DNA from: a bacterium
GTDB lineage: Bacteria; Patescibacteriota; Dojkabacteria; SC72
Direction of reading: 5' to 3'
DNA length: 64,000 nucleotides
Assembly: GCA_022840695.1 (NCBI GenBank)
Contig: JALHDC010000002.1
Span: forward strand, 25,753 to 89,752
Numbering within the stretch: position 1 is the stretch's first letter; the number at the start of each line of letters is the position of its first letter. Shown here piece by piece: positions 47,268 to 57,648 of the stretch. The notes below the pieces were generated by a model that saw only the letters and a program-made list of their open reading frames with translations, was not told the origin of the DNA and did no database searches. A program made the translations under genes and the position numbers.

Positions 47268-47945
47268 ATGAAGGATACTATAAAAATAATTATTGGAGTA
47301 GCCCTGGTGACAATAGGCTCGCTTCTCATTATAGAAAGAATTGGGATTTTTCTTCCGTTCACTGTTGATGTATGGAAGATAGTCAGTATTTTCTGGCCAC
47401 TAATTCTCATATATTTGGGCCTTAAAATGTTTTTTGAAAATAATACAACTGGAGGAGTAATACTTTTCACATTAGGTTCTGTGATATTCCTAACAAATGT
47501 CTTTGATTGGAATTTTTTCTCAATACTATGGCCATTATTAATAATAGGTATTGGAGTATCCATCTTAGTTAAGAAAGATGAAACTAGATTTAATATAGAA
47601 TCTTCTGAATATAGTGATGATTATATTAAAGAAAGCATCGCCTTCTGGGGAAGTGATAAGAAATTGACATCTAAAAGCTTTAAAGGTGGGGAGATCAATG
47701 TTGCTTTTGGTGGAGTTAATTTGGATATGAGAGAAACAAAGATTCATAAAGATGGAGCAAAACTAAATGTTAATGTTGCTTTTGGAGGAGCAGAGATATT
47801 TGTTCCTAAAAATTGTAGAGTTAAAACAAATGGTACAGGAATATTGGGTGGTTGGGATCCACATCTTAGTAGCAGTGATATAAAAGAACCTGTTTTGGAA
47901 ATAACAGGAACAGCTATCTTTGGTGGAGTAGATATAAAAGAATAA
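47268..47945 (+). CDS. LiaF-like cell-wall-active antibiotic response protein (DUF2154)
   Basis: N-terminal TMs, C-terminal AFGG-repeat domain. Confidence 0.45.
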   Translation: MKDTIKIIIGVALVTIGSLLIIERIGIFLPFTVDVWKIVSIFWPLILIYLGLKMFFENNTTGGVILFTLGSVIFLTNVFDWNFFSILWPLLIIGIGVSILVKKDETRFNIESSEYSDDYIKESIAFWGSDKKLTSKSFKGGEINVAFGGVNLDMRETKIHKDGAKLNVNVAFGGAEIFVPKNCRVKTNGTGILGGWDPHLSSSDIKEPVLEITGTAIFGGVDIKE

Positions 47946-47980
47946 ACATTGTTAGAGGTAGTCTTATCTAATCGGATATA

Positions 47981-48012
47981 GAAAAAAGGGAGTACAAAGT
48001 ACTCCCTTTTAA
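47981..48012. terminator. bidirectional intrinsic terminator (10-bp stem AAGGGAGTAC/GTACTCCCTT, loop AAA, T-runs on both sides)
   Basis: between convergent liaF-like (+) and RRM (-) genes. Confidence 0.6.
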
Positions 48013-48031
48013 AATCTAATAAAGATTACAA

Positions 48032-48325
48032 TTAGTTATCGTAACTTCTTCTGTTATCCCCACCAAATGAATCTCTTCTCTCTTCTCGAGCTTCAGATAC
48101 ATTGATAGGTCTACCATCGACTTCTTTTCCGTTTATCTGCTCTAAAGCAGCTTGTGCTTCCTCTTCAGTAGACATTGTAACAAATCCAAATCCTTTGGAT
48201 CTATTCTTCATTCTGTCTATGATGACTACTGCTTCAATAACAGTACCAACAGCACTGAAAACTTCTTTTAACTGTTCATCTCTAACATCCCAGCTAAGGT
48301 TTCCTACAAATAATTTTTTACCCAT
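48032..48325 (-). CDS. RRM-type RNA-binding protein with Gly/Arg tail
   Basis: RNP2 LFVGNL and RNP1 KGFGFVTM. Confidence 0.8.
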   Translation of the reverse strand: MGKKLFVGNLSWDVRDEQLKEVFSAVGTVIEAVVIIDRMKNRSKGFGFVTMSTEEEAQAALEQINGKEVDGRPINVSEAREERRDSFGGDNRRSYDN

Positions 48326-48460
48326 TATTTATATAAATAAAATAAATTAAATCTTTGCTACACCATTAATTGGGAGAATACACTCTAAGCAGTCTATCAA
48401 ATGAAGAAAGCTTCCATAGCTATTTATATTATATCATACATTTGAAAAATAAATGCAATA

Positions 48461-49675
48461 CTATCTAAAATACTTAACTATCTCTGCAAATGTTGGCCTT
48501 CTATTGTACATAAGGCAACCTAATTCGAATAGTTTAGAAGCTAAAAATATTGCAATAGCTACATAGATAATGGAGGTGAATATTCCGATAATTAGTTCCT
48601 CTACAGAGAGAACACCTAACGAATTTCTTGTTAAAAGAATCATGAAAGATGTAAATGGAAAATAACTAAAGATTTTTGCTAATAAACTATTTGGTTCTGT
48701 TATTAAAGATTGCATTAAATACATAGGAAATATAGAAAGAATTATAAATATAGATGAAAGATTTCTACTATCCTCGGCTCCAGTTCCTACTGCTCCAACT
48801 CCAGTCATTACGGAAGCAAAAAACAAGAAGCCCATTATTATGAAAAACAAATTAATAGGTAAATACTGCAAATCAATAGCCTTGATATCAATCGGTATTG
48901 GGATATCAAACTTACTCATAGCTAAATAATAAATTAAAACTCCAAACAGAAGCCATATTATTAACTGTGTGAATACAACACATATTAAACCAACCATCTT
49001 CCCAATCATTAAAGATTTTTTATCTACAATAGAAAGCATCGTCTCAATCATTCTATTTTCTTTTTCAGCAGAGACACTTTGTAAAAGGAATGATGATGAT
49101 ATAAACACTGTAACAAAGAATAGAACAAGAGAAATAATTGGAAGTACAAATTTCTCCAAACCTTCTTCTTGTAATTTGCCATCATCCGTAATTGAAAATA
49201 CCGTAGAATTAAATTGAGACGTGAGAAGTATTCTAGAACTTTCATTATCTATTCCCTGTATAGCACTATTCTTCAGAAGAGAATCAACAATTAAAGCAAC
49301 ATTTGCACCTCTTAATATATCTCCCTCTTCACTAAAATATACTTCATACCTAAGTGATTCAAGAAAATTATCTGGGATAACTATTAGAATGCTCTTTGAA
49401 TCTTCTAATAATGAATCTTTTACCTCATCAAGATTATCTATTTCAAAAAGATTTTGTCCTAAATTTTGAGTATCTATCAAATCTAATTCGTCAACTATAT
49501 ATATTTTTGAAAAAATTTCCATATTTTCCATTTTTTTCATTGCATCCATAGAAGAGTATCCCGATACCAAACCTACAATTCCTATAAATATTGGCAAAAA
49601 TAGAGTAGAGGCCCAAAAAGAGGGTTTTTTAATTATTTTTTTATATTCAAATTTTGCTATTTCAAAGAATTTCAT
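48461..49675 (-). CDS. ABC-2 family transporter permease
   Basis: N-terminal TM, large extracytoplasmic domain, 5 C-terminal TMs. Confidence 0.6.
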   Translation of the reverse strand: MKFFEIAKFEYKKIIKKPSFWASTLFLPIFIGIVGLVSGYSSMDAMKKMENMEIFSKIYIVDELDLIDTQNLGQNLFEIDNLDEVKDSLLEDSKSILIVIPDNFLESLRYEVYFSEEGDILRGANVALIVDSLLKNSAIQGIDNESSRILLTSQFNSTVFSITDDGKLQEEGLEKFVLPIISLVLFFVTVFISSSFLLQSVSAEKENRMIETMLSIVDKKSLMIGKMVGLICVVFTQLIIWLLFGVLIYYLAMSKFDIPIPIDIKAIDLQYLPINLFFIIMGFLFFASVMTGVGAVGTGAEDSRNLSSIFIILSIFPMYLMQSLITEPNSLLAKIFSYFPFTSFMILLTRNSLGVLSVEELIIGIFTSIIYVAIAIFLASKLFELGCLMYNRRPTFAEIVKYFR

Positions 49676-49676
49676 A

Positions 49677-50573
49677 CTATTTTTTCATTAATTCTATAAA
49701 TATTTGGTTTAAAGATGGATAATCAAGTGTCATATCAACTATTTTAACACCTTGATTTAAAATATTTTTAATTATTTCATTGCTATCAATGTTTGATTTA
49801 GGAGATATTTCTGCTCTTTTATTTGAAATAATCGCACTATATAGGCGATTATCTTTCTCAGGAGCTTTCCCTACAAAATCAATAATTATATTTTTACTTC
49901 CATATTTTTCTCTAACTTTTTCTACATTACCATATTCCAAGCTTTTACCATTTTTAATAATCAAAAGTGTATCAGCCATTTTTTGAGCTTCATCTATTAC
50001 ATGTGTACTATACAGTATTGTAGTCCCATTCTTTGCTCTTTCAATTAGAATATCTACGAAAAGCTGTCTATTAACAGGATCTAACCCTTTAAAAGGTTCA
50101 TCTAAAATCAATATCTCAGGTTCATGTATCAATGCTGTACCTAATTGTACTTTCTGTTGCATTCCAGAGCTTAATTTAGCAATCTCTTTATCCCTATGAT
50201 CATACAGATCAACTTTTTTAAGATATTCTATACTTCTGCTCAAAGCCTCCTCTTTCTTTATATTTCTTAAAACTGCAGTATATACAAGTATATCCAAAAC
50301 AGAAACATCTCTGTACAAACCTCTTTCTTCGGGAAGATATCCTATTAAGTTATTAAAATCTTCATTATATTCTGAGTTATTTATCAACAATTCTCCTTCA
50401 TCTGGTTGATAGATTTTTAAAAGACATCTTATTGTAGTTGTTTTTCCAGAGCCATTAGCACCAAGAAAAGCAAATATTTCACCCTCATTAACATCAAAAG
50501 AAAGATTATCTACTGCTTTCAAATCACCAAAGCTTTTTGAAAAATTCTTTATATGTATTGAATAATTAGCCAT
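49677..50573 (-). CDS. ABC transporter ATP-binding protein
   Basis: GANGSGKTT, LSSGMQQKV, ILILDEP. Confidence 0.85.
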   Translation of the reverse strand: MANYSIHIKNFSKSFGDLKAVDNLSFDVNEGEIFAFLGANGSGKTTTIRCLLKIYQPDEGELLINNSEYNEDFNNLIGYLPEERGLYRDVSVLDILVYTAVLRNIKKEEALSRSIEYLKKVDLYDHRDKEIAKLSSGMQQKVQLGTALIHEPEILILDEPFKGLDPVNRQLFVDILIERAKNGTTILYSTHVIDEAQKMADTLLIIKNGKSLEYGNVEKVREKYGSKNIIIDFVGKAPEKDNRLYSAIISNKRAEISPKSNIDSNEIIKNILNQGVKIVDMTLDYPSLNQIFIELMKK

Positions 50574-50596
50574 GGCTTAAATATACCACAAACTAA

Positions 50597-51931
50597 CTAT
50601 GTTAACATACCTCTAGCAGCCATTACACCTGTTACTGCAGCTCCTGTGATCGATCCTGAGAGCCCTGCAGCATCTCCAGCTACATATAAACCTTTGATTG
50701 AAGTTTCCATATTTCTATCTGTTTTTGTCTTAGAGGATCTAAATTTAACCTCTGGGGCATAAAGTAGGGTAGACCCAGAATTGATTCCTGGCATTACTAA
50801 ATTAAGAATACCAAGCCCTTCAACTATATTAACTACAATTCTATGTGGTAATGCCATTGATATATCCCCCGGAGTGTATTCCTCCAAAGAAGGAGTAACA
50901 AAAGATTTTTCTAATCTACTTTCAGTACTTCTTCTTCCACATTTCAAATCCTCTAAAGATTGCAATATAGGTTTGCCACCACCAATAGTTGATGCTACTT
51001 CTGCAATAGATTTTGCATAAGCAATTGAATTCTCGACCGGTTCTGTCAAATTAACTTCACACAAAAATGCAAAATTAGAATTCTCAGAAAGATGATCAGA
51101 ATTAGAATGACCGTTAACACAAACATATCCATCATATTTTTCTGTTGAGACTAAACCATTTGGGCAACTACAAAATGTTCTAACAATATCATGATATGTT
51201 TTAGTTCTTACTCTATATACAGTTTCATACAAGACCTCAGCCTGTCTCTGCATTATTGATGATGGGAATTCTACTCTAACACCAACTTCTACCTTATCAT
51301 ACATATATTCAATACCATACCTATCAGAAAGAGTTTGTAACCATTTTGCATTTACTCTACCAGGAGCCAATACTACTTTCTTTGCATATATATTCTTCTT
51401 TTCTGTTTTAATACCTTTTAGGTTCTTTTTTTCAATGATTAAATCTGTGACTTTTGTATTATCTAAAATATCTACACCATTCTTTATTAAATATTCCTCA
51501 AAATTCATCATTACTTTTCTTAGTTTGTCTGTACCAACATGCCTAGCTTTTCTTAGTACAAGCTCTATATCATTTCTTTTAGACTCAAGGATTAGTTCAT
51601 TAAGAAGATCATTTTCTTTCGGATAGTATTCTGAATCAACTCCAAAATCAGTTAATACCCCATCAACATAATCTAATATTTTTTGATACTTATTCCTATT
51701 TATCAAATGAAAAGCTTTTTCGTGAGAGAGATTTGCTGTTAATGTCAATTTCCCATCCGAAAATGTTCCTGCACCTCCAAATCCTGACATCACATCACTT
51801 CTCTTCCTCCCTTTCATACTTTTACCCATTTCCACTAAAGCAATTTTCATTCCTTTAGATCTCTTTATGAGTTCGTAACAAGCGAAAAGTCCTGCAGGTC
51901 CAGCACCAACAACTAGTACATCGTATTTCAT
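50597..51931 (-). CDS. FAD-dependent oxidoreductase/dehydrogenase of unknown specificity
   Basis: N-terminal VLVVGAGPAGLFA dinucleotide-binding motif, C-terminal GDAAG. Confidence 0.6.
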   Translation of the reverse strand: MKYDVLVVGAGPAGLFACYELIKRSKGMKIALVEMGKSMKGRKRSDVMSGFGGAGTFSDGKLTLTANLSHEKAFHLINRNKYQKILDYVDGVLTDFGVDSEYYPKENDLLNELILESKRNDIELVLRKARHVGTDKLRKVMMNFEEYLIKNGVDILDNTKVTDLIIEKKNLKGIKTEKKNIYAKKVVLAPGRVNAKWLQTLSDRYGIEYMYDKVEVGVRVEFPSSIMQRQAEVLYETVYRVRTKTYHDIVRTFCSCPNGLVSTEKYDGYVCVNGHSNSDHLSENSNFAFLCEVNLTEPVENSIAYAKSIAEVASTIGGGKPILQSLEDLKCGRRSTESRLEKSFVTPSLEEYTPGDISMALPHRIVVNIVEGLGILNLVMPGINSGSTLLYAPEVKFRSSKTKTDRNMETSIKGLYVAGDAAGLSGSITGAAVTGVMAARGMLT

Positions 51932-52098
51932 TAAGGTATTTCTGTTATGTTAACAATATATGGTACATGAAATTATATTAACAAACAATCGATACTGTCT
52001 ATAGTATATTAAAAAGTATCGAAAAAATGTAAAATAGAATATATAAACAAAGGATTATTAACTACCTTTAACGTAGGATATATGCAAATGTTGGATAT

Positions 52099-52635
52099 AT
52101 GGAAAAAATTTTAATACATACATGTTGTGCAGATTGTTTCTTAAATACCATTGATTATTTAGAAAATGAAGGCATTATTAACAATCAAACAGAAATTACC
52201 TCTTTTTTTTACAATCCTAATATACATCCAAGATCTGAGTATATAGAGAGATTGAATGCACTAAAGAAGATACTATCGAAAGATATAAAATTAGTAGTTC
52301 CAGATTATAGACCAACGGATTATTTCAAAAGTATAGAAGGAAAGAAGGAGAGATGTATTGGTTGTTGGAAAGTTCGTTTAAAAGGACTTTTTGAATATGC
52401 TAGAGATAATAATATATCCAATGTAACCTCTACTCTGTTAGTGAGTTTGTACCAAGAGAGAACAAGAATTATGAGTATAGCAGAAGGATTAAATAGAGAG
52501 TATGGGTTGAATTTTGTAAATATTGATAGTAAGCATAATTGTAAACATAAGGGTTTTTACAAACAAAATTTTTGTGGTTGTTGTTATTCCTTAGTTGAAA
52601 AAATGACAGAAAAAGAAATTAATACTAGAAGATAG
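52099..52635 (+). CDS. queH: epoxyqueuosine reductase QueH-like (DUF208)
   Basis: HTCCADC N-terminal motif and downstream C-x2-C; about 180 aa. Confidence 0.5.
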   Translation: MEKILIHTCCADCFLNTIDYLENEGIINNQTEITSFFYNPNIHPRSEYIERLNALKKILSKDIKLVVPDYRPTDYFKSIEGKKERCIGCWKVRLKGLFEYARDNNISNVTSTLLVSLYQERTRIMSIAEGLNREYGLNFVNIDSKHNCKHKGFYKQNFCGCCYSLVEKMTEKEINTRR

Positions 52636-52755
52636 TCAATTCTTTGCTTCTATAACAGCATTTCTTTATTATCCATTCTATACCCCTTCCAACTTTTTGA
52701 TCTATTTGATAGATTGGAAATTCTTTCGTCCTATTTAAATTTTTTTACTACCCAC

Positions 52756-52911
52756 ATGACCAAAAATATACTAGAACTGGGCATATATATTGCCATAATG
52801 AGCCTACTCTTAGGAATAGTTGCACTCATAAGTGTACTCTTTACAGATGTAAATAGAAGTAAAAGTGAGGATATAAATAATAATCCCCAATATATACATT
52901 TGCAAAATTAG
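52756..52911 (+). CDS. small single-TM peptide (51 aa)
   Basis: short N-term, one TM helix, charged C-tail; ATG start inside a TTG-initiated ORF. Confidence 0.3.
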   Translation: MTKNILELGIYIAIMSLLLGIVALISVLFTDVNRSKSEDINNNPQYIHLQN

Positions 52912-52935
52912 TATTAAAAAGTAATATAATAGGAT

Positions 52936-53055
52936 ATGGGAATCATAATTACAGTTGCTGTATTTATAGCATTTATTGTTATATTCCTTATATTGGCAAC
53001 ATTAATGCCAGAAAATGAGGAAAAAAGTGGAGAACGGGAGGAAAGTGAAGAATAG
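52936..53055 (+). CDS. small single-TM peptide (39 aa) with acidic tail
   Basis: MGIIITVAVFIAFIVIFLILATLMPENEEKSGEREESEE; below the ORF-track length cut-off, found by reading. Confidence 0.25.
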   Translation: MGIIITVAVFIAFIVIFLILATLMPENEEKSGEREESEE

Positions 53056-53057
53056 TT

Positions 53058-54347
53058 TTAGTTCTGCCTTAAAGCCTCTATTGGATCTATCTTAGAAGCT
53101 TTTCTTGCAGGATACAGTCCTGCTATTATTCCAATCAGAATACTACCTAGTGTTATATAAATAGCATTCAATAGTTGGAAATTAAAAAATTTATCTATAC
53201 TAGTAAATCCTTGTTTTGAAAGAATACTAACAATAAATGGATCAGCTAATTTCATCCCTAAAAATGTTATTCCTAGTCCTAAAGCTCCCCCTATGAATCC
53301 GATTATTCCCGATTGTATTAAGAATATAATTAATACTTGAGAATTAGATGCTCCCATTGCCTTTATAATACCTATTTCCTTTGTTTGTTCATAAATACTC
53401 ATTACCATGGTATTTATAATACCTATGGATGCAACGAGTGCAGATATTGATCCAAATATGACTAAAGCTATTGTTAAGCCTGATGTAAGAGTATCAAGAA
53501 ATCCTAATAATGTTTCAGTAGATATTACAGAAAGTTTTAATTCATCAACTATATATTTTTCAATATCCGATGTTTTTCCTTCTTCTGTAATCAATAAGAT
53601 CTGATCATAACCCACCTTTTCCAAGTATTCATTCTCGTCTGTAAAGCCACCAAGATCAACTAGCATATTCATTGCCTCTTTTGTATTAACAAAAAATGCA
53701 TCGTTACCTGATTCCACGACTCCCGCTACTGTAAACTCGTACTGTTTATCTATCATACTTTTAGAAGCAACCGAAAGAAAAGTACTGCTATTAGAGCTCT
53801 TAACAAGAATCTTTTTACCTATTATTTCTTTCTTGCTAGTTTCGAAGAAAGATACAACAAAATTACTGACAAAGATCTCTCCATTATCCAATTTATCATC
53901 ACTACCAAAGAAACCGTTATAGATATGATGGGTTCCTGGCAAATCAGCACTACCCACAAAGTTCATAGGGTAGGGTACATCATCTCCCTCTAAAAATACT
54001 TCTACATTACTAACAGTAAATATTGGATTAGTGGAAATTACTCCATCTATTTTCTCTAATTCTTCTCTTAATTGAGTATTTAGAATTATTTCTTCTTTCA
54101 CATCATCCTGTTTGCTAGGAGCAGTATTCATACCACCAAACATAAACATATCTCGGCCTGAAACATATAAATCTTGAGGAGAGAACCTACTACTGAATTC
54201 ACTTGTTACAGCATTCTTTAAATCTGACATACCAAAAAGAATGAATGTCATTAACATAACTGCAATCATAATTCCTAAACTTGTTAAGAATGTTCTTAAT
54301 TTCCTTCTAAAGATTATTTGTACTGCATATCTAAACATTTTTTCCAT
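53058..54347 (-). CDS. ABC transporter permease, FtsX/MacB-like
   Basis: TM1 - large extracytoplasmic domain - 3 TM FtsX domain. Confidence 0.7.
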   Translation of the reverse strand: MEKMFRYAVQIIFRRKLRTFLTSLGIMIAVMLMTFILFGMSDLKNAVTSEFSSRFSPQDLYVSGRDMFMFGGMNTAPSKQDDVKEEIILNTQLREELEKIDGVISTNPIFTVSNVEVFLEGDDVPYPMNFVGSADLPGTHHIYNGFFGSDDKLDNGEIFVSNFVVSFFETSKKEIIGKKILVKSSNSSTFLSVASKSMIDKQYEFTVAGVVESGNDAFFVNTKEAMNMLVDLGGFTDENEYLEKVGYDQILLITEEGKTSDIEKYIVDELKLSVISTETLLGFLDTLTSGLTIALVIFGSISALVASIGIINTMVMSIYEQTKEIGIIKAMGASNSQVLIIFLIQSGIIGFIGGALGLGITFLGMKLADPFIVSILSKQGFTSIDKFFNFQLLNAIYITLGSILIGIIAGLYPARKASKIDPIEALRQN

Positions 54348-55008
54348 CCACTAAAGTTACTGTTCTATCCGTTTGACTAGCTATCTTACTATCATGAGTT
54401 ACTATTATGGTCGTCATTCCTTCTTGCATATTTAAAGACCTAAGAAGATTTATTATCATGTTCCCTGTTTTACTATCCAAATTACCAGTTGGTTCATCTG
54501 CCAATATTATCTTAGGACTATCTATAATAGCTCTTGCTATAGCTACTCTCTGTGCTTGTCCACCAGACAACTCATTTGGATAATGTTTCCTTCTATCGCT
54601 CAATCCTGTTTTATTTAAAATATATTCCAATCTCTCATTTAATTTCTGTTTACTAATATTTTTCTGAAACCTAGTAGGAAGAAGTATGTTTTCTTCAACA
54701 GTAAGGGACGGAATTAAATGAAATTGTTGAAAGATTGTTCCAACAATAAATCTTCTGTAGTAGTTTTGATCATAATTTCTAATATTTTTTCCCTCTATAT
54801 AAATATCTCCTGAATAATTCCAATCTAACCCTCCAAGAATATTTAGAAATGTAGATTTTCCAGATCCTGAGCTTCCAACTAAAGAAATCATTTCCCCTTT
54901 TTTAACAGAAAATGCAAGATTTCTTAAAGCCGCAACCAATACTTTCTTGCTTGGCCTATACTCTCTGCACAAATTTTGAATTTTAATATATTCCGACATA
55001 GGCTTCAT
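54331..55008 (-). CDS. ABC transporter ATP-binding protein, MacB/LolD-like
   Basis: GSSGSGKST, LSGGQAQRV, ILADEPTGNLD; start moved to ATG 55008. Confidence 0.85.
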   Translation of the reverse strand: MKPMSEYIKIQNLCREYRPSKKVLVAALRNLAFSVKKGEMISLVGSSGSGKSTFLNILGGLDWNYSGDIYIEGKNIRNYDQNYYRRFIVGTIFQQFHLIPSLTVEENILLPTRFQKNISKQKLNERLEYILNKTGLSDRRKHYPNELSGGQAQRVAIARAIIDSPKIILADEPTGNLDSKTGNMIINLLRSLNMQEGMTTIIVTHDSKIASQTDRTVTLVDGKNV

Positions 55009-55079
55009 ATTACTTGATATTGTGTATCTTTTCAATTTTTTGTAACCTTTTTGTAAGAATTTAGTTTTAATATGAAAAA

Positions 55080-55787
55080 GTGAGAAATTACAAAATTTCT
55101 GTATTATTAATAGAAGATGATGCAAGCCTGGTATTTATTCTCACACGGTTTTTAGAAAATCTTAATATGAAGGTCGAATCTTCATATACTGCAAAAGAAG
55201 GATTGATTAAGGCATTGACAAACAAATATCAAATTCTAATCATAGATATTGGACTACCAGACTCAGATGGATTTAAAATAATAGAGCAGATTCGTTTAAT
55301 AGATAATACAAAGCCAATCATAGTTATAACTGGTGACAACTCACGAGATAAAGAAATATACTCCTACAAAGCCAAAGCAAATATTTTTCATCCTAAACCA
55401 ATTAAGTTCGATATCCTTGAAGCACAGATTAAGTCTTTAATAGAGGATCAATACCCTAATATTATTGTTATTGGAGATCTTTGTATAGACAAAATAAAAA
55501 GGATCGTAAAGATAAAAAACAAGGGAATTAAATTAACACACAGTGAATATAATTTATTAATTATGCTAATAGATTCTAACGGGGAGATATTCACTAGGAA
55601 ACAGATATTAAGCAATATTATGAATTACTATCGTAATTCCTCTGAGACATCTGTAGATACATTAGTCTGCAGAATTAGAAAGAAACTAGGGAACAAGATA
55701 GGTGGTGATTTAATAAAAACAGTATACAAATCAGGATATTGTATTAATCCCTATCTCAAGGATCAGACATTAAGAAGTTATCAATAA
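55080..55787 (+). CDS. OmpR-family response regulator
   Basis: REC domain + winged-helix output domain. Confidence 0.8.
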   Translation: MRNYKISVLLIEDDASLVFILTRFLENLNMKVESSYTAKEGLIKALTNKYQILIIDIGLPDSDGFKIIEQIRLIDNTKPIIVITGDNSRDKEIYSYKAKANIFHPKPIKFDILEAQIKSLIEDQYPNIIVIGDLCIDKIKRIVKIKNKGIKLTHSEYNLLIMLIDSNGEIFTRKQILSNIMNYYRNSSETSVDTLVCRIRKKLGNKIGGDLIKTVYKSGYCINPYLKDQTLRSYQ

Positions 55788-57034
55788 GGAATTTCAACTA
55801 TAATTTGCGAATATCCCCCTTCCTTACTCTTAATATCAACACTCCCATTAAAGTCTCTTTTTACTGAATTTAATACAAAAAGTAATCCCAGTCCAAAATG
55901 ATTTTCACTCTTTGAAATATATCTACCTATGGAAATATCCTCAATTATATTCTTACTAATACCCATACCATTATCTTGAACTTTAAGAATTATGAAATTT
56001 TTCTTTCTTAACAGATCAACATTTATATATTTTTTCTTTCTATCCGTTGATTCTAATTCTTCAACTGCATTTAGGAATATATTAAGAAATATTCTAGAAA
56101 AAGAAGTCTCGCAACCTTTTATCTTCAGAGCTTCATCCAAAACTGTATTAACCTCTATATTATTTTTAGATATTCTGTAATCTAACAAACTTAAAACCTT
56201 CTTAATAGAAGATGATGGCTTAAAAACTTTCTCATTTCTTTTTCCATCTACAATAGACAATGCATCCTCTAATATACATTCCAAATATTCAATAGAGTCC
56301 ATAAGTAATGGTTGTAAAGTACTTTGATCTTCTTTATTAAGAAGTTTTAAACTTCCAGATATTACACTTAGTGGAGTGGCAATATCATGCAAAATACACT
56401 TTGAAATTTTACCCATTAATCTATTTCTGTATTCTACCTTTACTAAATAATTGTACTTTTCAAAACAAAGAAAGTATTTTTCTTTACATAATTTTCTAAG
56501 TAGAAAAATTCTGTACTGAATATATAGAAAGAATAGAAATAGCCATATTGATTTTAAGAATGTAAATTCGACATTTTCATGGTTTTGATAATTTAGAAAA
56601 GTATTTTTGTTAATAGCAGTAGCTACAATTAAAAGTAGTATAGCAATACAAGCAGAAACAACAAACTCTTTTTCATTTAAATAGAATAGGGAGAGAATGA
56701 AAAGAATGGAAATGTATATATATGGTAACGGAACTAATAAGCCTTGGATATAAATGGAGACAGATGAAATGAGAGAAAATACTCCCAAGAGAATATACAC
56801 AGATATTTGTATATGTTTTTTAAGTATTTTAAATCTTCCTAAAAAAATTAAAGATATTAAAAAAAGAAAGAATGAAGCTTGATATAAACATATGTCTGAA
56901 GTTATATACACATATTTGCATGTATAGAGAAAGAGTAGAGACAGTATTGAAATGAAAAGAATATTGTAAATATCTATCAACAATTTCTTTTTACTCTCTT
57001 CTAAATACTTAGTTACATCTTCTTCAAAAAGCAT
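55781..57034 (-). CDS. sensor histidine kinase (multi-TM sensor)
   Basis: H-box ILHDIATPL, N/G boxes (QDNGMGIS, GLGL). Confidence 0.75.
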   Translation of the reverse strand: MLFEEDVTKYLEESKKKLLIDIYNILFISILSLLFLYTCKYVYITSDICLYQASFFLFLISLIFLGRFKILKKHIQISVYILLGVFSLISSVSIYIQGLLVPLPYIYISILFILSLFYLNEKEFVVSACIAILLLIVATAINKNTFLNYQNHENVEFTFLKSIWLFLFFLYIQYRIFLLRKLCKEKYFLCFEKYNYLVKVEYRNRLMGKISKCILHDIATPLSVISGSLKLLNKEDQSTLQPLLMDSIEYLECILEDALSIVDGKRNEKVFKPSSSIKKVLSLLDYRISKNNIEVNTVLDEALKIKGCETSFSRIFLNIFLNAVEELESTDRKKKYINVDLLRKKNFIILKVQDNGMGISKNIIEDISIGRYISKSENHFGLGLLFVLNSVKRDFNGSVDIKSKEGGYSQIIVEIPY

Positions 57035-57124
57035 TTCTATTGCTCTAATCTAAAATCTGTAAAAATAATAAAAGTATTAATTTACAAAATCATTACAAAA
57101 TTAAAATATGATATACTTTCTGAA

Positions 57125-57613
57125 ATGGCAAAACAATTGAAAATATATACAATTGACAATAAAAATGAAGAAAAATCTTTGAGAGAAAAAAGTCTCCCTG
57201 TAACTGAGATTGAATTAAAAGATTCAGTTTTTAGGGAATTCCTAGATGATTTACTCTTCACTGCTCTTCATAGTGAAGAACAGGGAAATGTTGCTGCAGG
57301 AGGGATAGCAGCACCTCAGGTAGGAGAGAAAAAAAGAGTATTCTATATCCTTGATTATGATACAAATGAATGGAAGCTATTCATAAATCCGGAAGTTACA
57401 CCTCATGGATTTGCAAAGACAGTAACAAAGGAGGGATGTTTGAGTGTTCCTAACAGAGAAGAAGATGTTTTGAGGTACAAAAAGATTAAGATAAAATATC
57501 AAGACATTGACGGGAATTGGAAGAATGAAAAATACTCAGATTTAAATGCAGTCTCTATTCAACATGAATTAGATCATTTAGATGGCATTCTTTTCATTGA
57601 TAGATTAAAATAG
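57125..57613 (+). CDS. def: peptide deformylase
   Basis: GIAAPQVG, EGCLSVP, HELDHL. Confidence 0.85.
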   Translation: MAKQLKIYTIDNKNEEKSLREKSLPVTEIELKDSVFREFLDDLLFTALHSEEQGNVAAGGIAAPQVGEKKRVFYILDYDTNEWKLFINPEVTPHGFAKTVTKEGCLSVPNREEDVLRYKKIKIKYQDIDGNWKNEKYSDLNAVSIQHELDHLDGILFIDRLK

Positions 57614-57648
57614 ATAAAAATATATGAATTAAATTTAACTGTCCAAGC

